Source: Alphaproteobacteria bacterium (GTDB lineage: Bacteria > Pseudomonadota > Alphaproteobacteria > Caulobacterales > Caulobacteraceae). From it: a stretch of 64,000 bases of DNA. The stretch's first letter is position 1. Each line of letters opens with the position of its first letter. Location: assembly GCA_025359785.1 (NCBI GenBank), contig JANYET010000002.1:40598-104597 (forward strand), read 5' to 3'. Under the pieces are notes generated by a model. That model ran no database searches, was not told the origin of the DNA, and saw nothing but the letters and a program-made list of their open reading frames with translations. Of this stretch, positions 57,953 to 64,000 are shown piece by piece. A program made the translations under genes and the position numbers.

Positions 57953-58510
57953 ATGGCTTCGGTCGAACAGGCGGTCGCAACCTTCGAGCGCAACCTCGCC
58001 GCCCAGACCGGCGCGAGCGTCGAGGACTGGATCAAGCGGATCCCTGCCGACCTGACCAAGCACGGCCAGATCATGGGCTGGCTGAAGGCCGAGCATGGCC
58101 TGGGCCACGGCCACGCCAACCATGTCGCCAAGCGGGCCCTGGCCCCGTCGGCCGCCGTCGCGGGCGATGACGGCATCGGCCATCTGTTCGAGGGCCCGAA
58201 GGCGGCGGCTCGCCCGCTATACGACCACCTTGCCGCGGCCGCCAAGGCGCTGGGCGCCGATGTCGAGCTGGCGCCGAAGAAGGCCAATGTCAGCGTCCGG
58301 CGAAAGAAGCAGTTCGCCCTGCTGCAGCCGAGCACCGCAACCCGCCTCGACCTCGGCCTGATCCTCAAGGGCGTGGCCCCGGCCGGCCGCCTGGAAGCCT
58401 CGGGCAGCTTCAACGCCATGTTCACCCACCGGGTGCGGCTGGCCTCGGTCGCCGAAGTCGACGCCGAGGTGAAGGCCTGGCTCAAGGCCGCCTACGATCA
58501 GGCTGGCTGA
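57953..58510 (+). CDS. DUF4287 + DUF5655 domain protein
   Basis: SD AGGAGA. N-terminal IKRIPADLTKHGQIMGWLKAEHGLGHGHANHV is typical of DUF4287. The C-terminal half resembles DUF5655. Confidence 0.7.
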   Translation: MASVEQAVATFERNLAAQTGASVEDWIKRIPADLTKHGQIMGWLKAEHGLGHGHANHVAKRALAPSAAVAGDDGIGHLFEGPKAAARPLYDHLAAAAKALGADVELAPKKANVSVRRKKQFALLQPSTATRLDLGLILKGVAPAGRLEASGSFNAMFTHRVRLASVAEVDAEVKAWLKAAYDQAG

Positions 58511-58530
58511 GCTGAAGAAAGGCGCTGCCG

Positions 58531-60243
58531 CTAGAAGGTGAACTGCGCGCGGGCCGCGACCGTGCCGTACTTCTGGCCGATCTGCAGACCGGCTGCGTTG
58601 TAGCGGTTCACGTCCACATGCTGGAAGTCGAGCATCATGCGGATAGCCGGGTTCAGGTACCAGTTGAGCCCGATGGCGGAGATTTTCTGTTCGCCGCCGC
58701 GCACGGCGTCGAAACAAGCGGCGGGTGACGCTGGGGTCGCCTTTCCGGCGCCGCAGTCGTGGAAGTTCAGGTCGAGGTCGGAGTAGCGGGCCGCCAGTTC
58801 GAAGGCACCCCAGGTGCCGGCCGCGGGGTTGAAGTTGTAGGTCATCTTCGGTGCGTCGAAGCGGCCTTCGGCGGGGTTGTAGGGCCGGCTCTCACCGGTC
58901 AGCACCCAGGCGCCCTGCACGTACCAGCCGTTGAAGCGCGGGTTGGCTGGCGTGGCGGCGGTCGTCAGGCGGCGGTCGATCCGATACTCGAAATACTCGC
59001 TTTCCAGCATGAACTGGTGGCTCGTGAACCCGAACTCTGCCCCATAGACCGAGGCCGACTTGGCGTCGATGCCGCCGGTATCCACCAGGCGTGCGCCATC
59101 GAGCCGTAGTTCCGGGCGGTCGCGCAGCTGGATCGGATAGCGCGGGCTGGCCGCCGCGCCGGCGTCGTTGGGCTGGGTCGCGAACTGGCCGTTGACCGCG
59201 ATGTGGGCCTGCCAATCGGTCGAGGAAAAGGGCGCCAGCGCGAAGCGGCCGATGATCGCGGTCTGCTCGTCCTGGGGCTGGACCGCGAAGCCGCCGGTGG
59301 AATTGACGGTGGAAACCACGTTGCCGGTGAGCGCCGCCGAGGCGAACCAGCGGGTGGCGATGCCACTGTCGCCTTCGCCCCAGACGCCGTTGCCGGTCAG
59401 TTGGATGGCGCTGCGGCTGTCGCCGGCCGCCACGTTGCGCGCGGCCTCCGCGGCCGCCGGGCGCTCGAGCATGATCATCTGGCTCGTCGAGACCGCGGCC
59501 GAGAGGCCGATGTTCGGCTCGAAGGCGCCGACCTTGATCCGCCAGGGCCGCCAGCCGGTGTACTGCACCCAGGCTTCCTGGATGTGGCCGGCGTCTTCCG
59601 CCCCGGAGCCACCGAACTCGTAGATCAGGGCGTAATCGAAATCCTTGAACAGCTTGCCGTCGATACCGAAGCGGGCGCGGCGGAAGTTGGTGCCGTCATT
59701 CAGGTCGCGGCCCACGACCTGGGCCGCGAGGTTGCTCTTCTGGAAATACTTGCCGCCGTCGAACATGACGATGGCGCGGATATTGGCGGTGAACCGGCCG
59801 TCGGCGGTGGCCAGCGCCGGCTTGCCGTTGGGCAGGCTGGGGGTGACCGTCGCCCCGGAGGGCGGCGCCTGCAGGGTGACGATGTTGGAGGCGTCGGCCA
59901 CCTGGGCGGCTTTCACGTCGGCCAGCTCGCGCTTGGTGGCGTCCAGCTGCTGCTGCAGGGCGGCGACCTGGGCGGCGGCCGGATCTGCGCCCTTGGCGGC
60001 CATCATCTGGCTCATCTGGCCGCGCATCTCGTCGATCTGCTGCTGCATGGCCGCCATCCGGGCGTCGCGTGGATCGGGCGTGGCGGGTCTGGCCGCGTGC
60101 CGATGGCTCTTGGCGGTGGACGCGAGCGCGCCGCTGGCGGCGCTCGACATCAGGATCGCGATGAGCGCGCCACCGATGACGCGATGCGCCAGCCTAGGGG
60201 GCTGCGCGAGCTGGGGGGTCGGACCCGTCATCGGAAGGATCAT
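58531..60243 (-). CDS. OprO/OprP family phosphate-selective porin
   Basis: Signal peptide, N-terminal coiled coil (QQQIDEMRGQMSQMMAA...), beta-barrel body FRRARFGIDGKLFKDFDYALIYEF, and terminal aromatic residue (AQFTF). Confidence 0.8.
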   Translation of the reverse strand: MILPMTGPTPQLAQPPRLAHRVIGGALIAILMSSAASGALASTAKSHRHAARPATPDPRDARMAAMQQQIDEMRGQMSQMMAAKGADPAAAQVAALQQQLDATKRELADVKAAQVADASNIVTLQAPPSGATVTPSLPNGKPALATADGRFTANIRAIVMFDGGKYFQKSNLAAQVVGRDLNDGTNFRRARFGIDGKLFKDFDYALIYEFGGSGAEDAGHIQEAWVQYTGWRPWRIKVGAFEPNIGLSAAVSTSQMIMLERPAAAEAARNVAAGDSRSAIQLTGNGVWGEGDSGIATRWFASAALTGNVVSTVNSTGGFAVQPQDEQTAIIGRFALAPFSSTDWQAHIAVNGQFATQPNDAGAAASPRYPIQLRDRPELRLDGARLVDTGGIDAKSASVYGAEFGFTSHQFMLESEYFEYRIDRRLTTAATPANPRFNGWYVQGAWVLTGESRPYNPAEGRFDAPKMTYNFNPAAGTWGAFELAARYSDLDLNFHDCGAGKATPASPAACFDAVRGGEQKISAIGLNWYLNPAIRMMLDFQHVDVNRYNAAGLQIGQKYGTVAARAQFTF

Positions 60244-60337
60244 GGAGAAGTCCCCGTCTCTCTAAGAGGTCTGCGGATGGGGACGCGGCACAGGTGGAAA
60301 ACACCCAGCCCCCAGGGTCAGGCTGTAGCCCCGCTCT

Positions 60338-60377
60338 ATGACGGCTGGCCGACAGTCGCGTGACGGTCTCGTGACAG
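60338..60377 (-). promoter_or_regulatory. four tandem PhoB-type half sites (two Pho boxes) oriented toward the porin gene
   Basis: Minus strand reads CTGTCAC-gaga-CCGTCAC-gcga-CTGTCGG-ccag-CCGTCAT. These are 7-mers with an exact 11-bp period, followed 8 nt later by GCTACAGC (-10-like). Confidence 0.6.
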
Positions 60378-60397
60378 TCCCGCCAAAATCCTCGCCG

Positions 60398-60415
60398 CTG
60401 TCACCAAACTGTCGT
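60398..60415 (+). promoter_or_regulatory. Pho box upstream of pstS
   Basis: CTGTCAC-caaa-CTGTCGT (7-4-7), with TTAATC 9 nt downstream and the pstS ATG at 60479. Confidence 0.6.
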
Positions 60416-60478
60416 CGCCGGCGGTTAATCACCGGCGCAAGAGCGAGACGGATGGGGCGCTCTTTTCAGGAGAGAACC

Positions 60479-61519
60479 ATGTTGAAAACCTTGGGCGCAG
60501 CGATCGGCGCGGCCCTTTTGCTCGGCGCGGCGACGACCGGCCACGCGGCAGGCGTCATTTCGGGCGCCGGTGCGACGTTCCCGGCCCCGGTCTACGCCAA
60601 GTGGGCCGACCTTTATAAGGCGCAGACCGGCACCAACCTGAACTATCAGGCGATCGGTTCCGGCGGCGGCATCAAGCAGATCAACGCCTCGACCGTCGAC
60701 TTCGGGGCCACCGACAAGCCGCTGAAGCCGGACGATCTGGCGACCGCCGGCCTGACCATGTTCCCCACCGTGATCGGCGGCGTGGTTCCGGTGATGAACC
60801 TGCCGGGCATCAAGGCCGGCCAGTTGCAGATGACCGGCGCCAATCTCGCCGACATCTATCGCGGGGCCATCAAGAAGTGGAACGATCCCATCCTGGCCAA
60901 GGCCAATCCGGGCGTGACCCTGCCGAACCTGCCGATCACCGTGGTGCACCGCGCCGACGGCTCCGGCACCACCTTCCTGTTCACCACCTACCTCAGCATG
61001 AAGGCCGCCCACTGGGCGAGCGAGGTCGGCGCCAATGACGCCGTGCAATGGCCGGTCGGCGTCGGTGGCAAGGGCAACGACGGCGTCGCCGCCCAGGTCA
61101 AGCAGACCCCCGGCGCGATCGGCTATGTCGAATATGCCTACGCCAAGCAGAACGCGATGACCTACGCGCTGATGCAGAACAAGAGCGGCAAGTTCGTCAC
61201 GCCGGACGCCAAGAACTTCGCGGCGGCCGCCGCCAACGCCAAGTGGGCCTCCGCGCCCGGCTTCTACCTGCTGCTGCTCGACCAGCCCGGCGCCGACGCC
61301 TGGCCGATCACCGGGGCGACCTTCATCCTGGTGCACACCAAACAGACCGACGCGGCCAAGGGCAAAGAGGTTCTGAGCTTCTTCGACTGGAGCTACAAAA
61401 ACGGCGACGCCGCGGCGGCTCAGCTCGATTACGTGGCCTTGCCGCCGGCAGTGAAAGACCTGATCCGCAAGTCCTGGTCCAAGATCGTCGGGCCGGACGG
61501 CAAGCCGGTCTACCGCTAG
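60479..61519 (+). CDS. pstS: phosphate ABC transporter substrate-binding protein
   Basis: SD caggagaga precedes ATG 60479. Signal peptide, then SGAGATFPAPVYAKWA and DGSGTTF motifs. Confidence 0.95.
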   Translation: MLKTLGAAIGAALLLGAATTGHAAGVISGAGATFPAPVYAKWADLYKAQTGTNLNYQAIGSGGGIKQINASTVDFGATDKPLKPDDLATAGLTMFPTVIGGVVPVMNLPGIKAGQLQMTGANLADIYRGAIKKWNDPILAKANPGVTLPNLPITVVHRADGSGTTFLFTTYLSMKAAHWASEVGANDAVQWPVGVGGKGNDGVAAQVKQTPGAIGYVEYAYAKQNAMTYALMQNKSGKFVTPDAKNFAAAAANAKWASAPGFYLLLLDQPGADAWPITGATFILVHTKQTDAAKGKEVLSFFDWSYKNGDAAAAQLDYVALPPAVKDLIRKSWSKIVGPDGKPVYR

Positions 61520-61538
61520 GCACGCGAACGCAAGACGG

Positions 61539-61570
61539 GCCCCCTCGCCGGTTGACGGCGGCGGGGCTTT
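61539..61570 (+). terminator. imperfect hairpin plus TTT between pstS and pstC (possible attenuator)
   Basis: GCCCC-ct-CGCCG-gttga-CGGCG-gc-GGGGC followed by TTTG. Confidence 0.35.
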
Positions 61571-61595
61571 GCGGTCCTCCCTCAGCTTAAGCATC

Positions 61596-62567
61596 ATGTC
61601 CGACGCAACCCTCCCGGCGACCGCCCTATCTTCCCGCCGCGCCGCGCCGCGCGGTGCGCTGATCGGCAAGGTGTTCGAGGGCCTGTGCTTTACGGCGGCC
61701 ACCACGCTGCTGGCGGCGCTCGGCGGGATCATTGTCTCGCTGCTGATCGGCGGCTGGCCCGCGATCCACAAATTCGGCTTTGGCTTCCTGACCACGGCGA
61801 CCTGGAATCCGGTGACCGACGTCTATGGCGCGGCGGGGCCGATCGTCGGCACCCTGGTGACCTCGGCGCTGGCGCTGGCGCTCGCCCTGCCGGTCGCCGG
61901 TGGCGTGGCCTTCTTCCTGACCGAGCTTTGTCCGGCGCGCCTGCGGATGCCGATCGGAACGGCGGTCGAGTTGCTCGCGGGCATTCCCTCCATCGTCTAC
62001 GGCATGTGGGGCCTGTTCGTTTTCGCGCCTCTGTTCGCCAAATATATCCAGTTGCCCCTGATGACCGCGGCGGCGCCCGGCTCGCTGCTGGAGACGCTCA
62101 CCATGGGCATCCCGAACGGCTCGGGCATCCTGCCGGCCTCGATCATCCTGGCGATCATGATCCTGCCGTTCATGGCCGCGACGCTGCGCGAACTGCTGAT
62201 GAGCGTGCCGATCGGCGTGCGGGAAAGCGCCTATGGCCTGGGCGCCACCACCGCCGAGGTGGTGATGAGCGTGACCCTGCCCTACGTGCGGACCGGGGCC
62301 ATCGGGGCGGTGATGCTGGGGCTCGGCCGGGCGCTGGGCGAGACCATGGCGGTCACCTTCATCATCGGCAATTCGCACAGCTTCCCCAAGTCGCTGTTCG
62401 ATTCCGGCTCGACGATCGCCTCGACCATCGCCAACGAATTCACCGAGGCCACCAGCCCCGTGCACACCGCCGCCCTGATCGCCCTGGGCCTCGTCCTCTT
62501 CCTGATCACCTTCGCGGTGCTGGGTCTCGCGCGGCTGATGCTGCGGGTGCAGGAGGCGCGGTCGTGA
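61596..62567 (+). CDS. pstC: phosphate ABC transporter permease PstC
   Basis: Start at MSDATLPATALSS. Polytopic, with EAA-type loop RESAYGLGATTAEVV. Confidence 0.9.
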   Translation: MSDATLPATALSSRRAAPRGALIGKVFEGLCFTAATTLLAALGGIIVSLLIGGWPAIHKFGFGFLTTATWNPVTDVYGAAGPIVGTLVTSALALALALPVAGGVAFFLTELCPARLRMPIGTAVELLAGIPSIVYGMWGLFVFAPLFAKYIQLPLMTAAAPGSLLETLTMGIPNGSGILPASIILAIMILPFMAATLRELLMSVPIGVRESAYGLGATTAEVVMSVTLPYVRTGAIGAVMLGLGRALGETMAVTFIIGNSHSFPKSLFDSGSTIASTIANEFTEATSPVHTAALIALGLVLFLITFAVLGLARLMLRVQEARS

Positions 62568-63409
62568 GCGCCGGCAAGCTGATCCGCCGCAAGGTCGGCG
62601 ACGTGGCCTTCAAGGCGTTCTGCGTCGTGGTCACCGTCATCGCCCTGGTGGCGCTCACCGCCATACTCTGGTCGCTGCTGAAACAGGGGGTCGGCGGCCT
62701 CGACCTCGACATCTTTACCAAGCGGACCATGTCCTCGGGCTCCAAGGGCGGCCTCGCCAACGCGATCGTCGGGTCCATCGTCATGTGCTCGCTGGCCATG
62801 GTGCTGGCGCTGGGGGTCGGCATCCTGGCCGGCACCTGGCTCGCCGAATATGGCGGACGCTCAGCCTATGGGGCGGTGGTGCGGTTCCTGAACGACGTGC
62901 TGCTGTCGGCGCCCTCGATCCTGGTTGGCCTTTTCGTCTACGAGATTCTGGTCGCCCCGTTCCACGGCTTCTCCGGTTTCGCAGGCTCGGTGGCGCTGGC
63001 GCTGCTGGCCGTGCCGGTGATCACGCGGACCACCGAGGACGTCCTGCTGCTGCAGGCCGCCACGCTGCGCGAGGCTGGCGTCGCGCTGGGCGCGCCGCTC
63101 TCCTACATCATCCGCACCGTTCTTTGGCGCTCGGCGCGCAGCGGCCTGCTGACCGGCGCCCTGCTGGCCTTCGCGCGGATCAGCGGCGAGACCGCGCCGC
63201 TGCTGTTCACCGCGCTGAACAACCAGTTCTTCTCCCTCGACCTTCGTCACCCCACGGCCAATCTGCCGGTGGTGATCTACAACTCCGCGCTCAGCGCCTA
63301 TGACGATCTGGTCCGGCTGGCCTGGGTCGGGGCGCTGCTGATCGCGGCAACCGTGCTGGCGGTCACCGTCGTGGCGCGTATCGTGGCCCAGGAGCAGCGC
63401 CGCTCATGA
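62564..63409 (+). CDS. pstA: phosphate ABC transporter permease PstA
   Basis: GTGA overlap with the pstC stop. Polytopic, with [15 protein letters not shown] loop. Confidence 0.9.
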   Translation: MSAGKLIRRKVGDVAFKAFCVVVTVIALVALTAILWSLLKQGVGGLDLDIFTKRTMSSGSKGGLANAIVGSIVMCSLAMVLALGVGILAGTWLAEYGGRSAYGAVVRFLNDVLLSAPSILVGLFVYEILVAPFHGFSGFAGSVALALLAVPVITRTTEDVLLLQAATLREAGVALGAPLSYIIRTVLWRSARSGLLTGALLAFARISGETAPLLFTALNNQFFSLDLRHPTANLPVVIYNSALSAYDDLVRLAWVGALLIAATVLAVTVVARIVAQEQRRS

Positions 63410-64000
63410 ACACCGTGAATCCCGTGGAAGACTTCGAAACCTCCATCGCCGACATCGATCGCGCCCAGGTGAAGGTCGATGTGAAGAACCTCGACTTCTA
63501 CTACGGCAAGAGCCACGCGCTGAAAGCCGTCTCGATTCCGTTCGCCCGTAACCAGGTGACGGCGCTGATCGGGCCCTCAGGCTGTGGGAAGTCGACGCTG
63601 CTCAGGACGCTGAACCGCATGTACGCCCTCTATCCGGGCCAGCGGGCCGAGGGCGAGATCCTGCTGGACGGCGAGAACATCCTGGCGGCCGGCACCGACC
63701 TCGCCCAGCTGCGCGCCAAGGTCGGCATGGTCTTCCAGAAGCCGACGCCATTCCCGATGAGCGTCTTCGATAATGTCGCCTTCGGGGTGCGGCTCTACGA
63801 AAACCTCTCCAAGGCCGACATGGCCGTCCGCGTCGAGGAGGCGCTGACCCGCGCCGCCCTGTGGAACGAAGTGAAGGACAATCTGAAGGGGCCGGGCCTT
63901 GGCCTCTCCGGCGGCCAGCAGCAGCGCCTGTGCGTCGCGCGCGGCGTGGCGGTGCGGCCGGAGGTGCTGCTGCTCGACGAGCCGACCTCGGCGCTGGATC
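63406..64000 (+). CDS. pstB: phosphate ABC transporter ATP-binding protein PstB (3' end outside window)
   Basis: ATGA overlap with the pstA stop. My translation reads [40 protein letters not shown]. Walker [10 protein letters not shown] and signature LSGGQQQRL. Runs off the window end. Confidence 0.9.
   Translation, partial: MNTVNPVEDFETSIADIDRAQVKVDVKNLDFYYGKSHALKAVSIPFARNQVTALIGPSGCGKSTLLRTLNRMYALYPGQRAEGEILLDGENILAAGTDLAQLRAKVGMVFQKPTPFPMSVFDNVAFGVRLYENLSKADMAVRVEEALTRAALWNEVKDNLKGPGLGLSGGQQQRLCVARGVAVRPEVLLLDEPTSALD

Overview
High-GC alphaproteobacterial chromosomal segment. Gene content and synteny (ccm genes, DUF484-xerC, sucCDAB-lpdA, Pho genes, GANTC and TTAACCAT motifs) suggest a Caulobacterales-like lineage, but that is inference only. 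I support about 65 protein genes. Most are core housekeeping: dapF, mtaB, ftsY, yciB, ccmABCDG, acnA, mdh, sucCDAB-lpdA, xerC, priA, phnCDE and pstSCAB. I found no rRNA, tRNA, CRISPR array, IS element or prophage. Many very long ORFs in the track are antisense or shadow frames caused by stop-codon depletion in GC-rich DNA and were discarded. Starts were trimmed using signal peptides, Shine-Dalgarno motifs and ATGA/GTGA/TGATG start-stop overlaps. The most interesting points, in rough order: (1) a membrane-tethered LytTR regulator divergent from a 1130-aa single polypeptide combining GH18-like, CE4 deacetylase and processive GT2 synthase domains; (2) a three-gene DUF2089 / membrane / SHOCT-like module of unknown function with shared short motifs; (3) an orphan minus-strand intrinsic terminator preceded by a long stem-loop with a CCCCCC-AG-CCCCCC loop, which is a candidate sRNA; (4) a His/Met-rich Spy/CpxP-like periplasmic protein lying between ccmAB and ccmCDG; (5) a nested-hairpin intergenic repeat family at two convergent gene junctions; (6) an array of PhoB-type half-sites in the oprP-pstS intergenic region, inside a large Pho-type gene cluster; (7) an unusually AT-rich 0.5-kb intergenic region between terC and a CHAP gene; (8) leaders of a ybhL/BI-1 gene and an ornithine decarboxylase gene, where the alphaproteobacterial ybhL and speF RNA motifs would be expected. 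All functional calls rest on motif and family recognition by eye. No database search was run.
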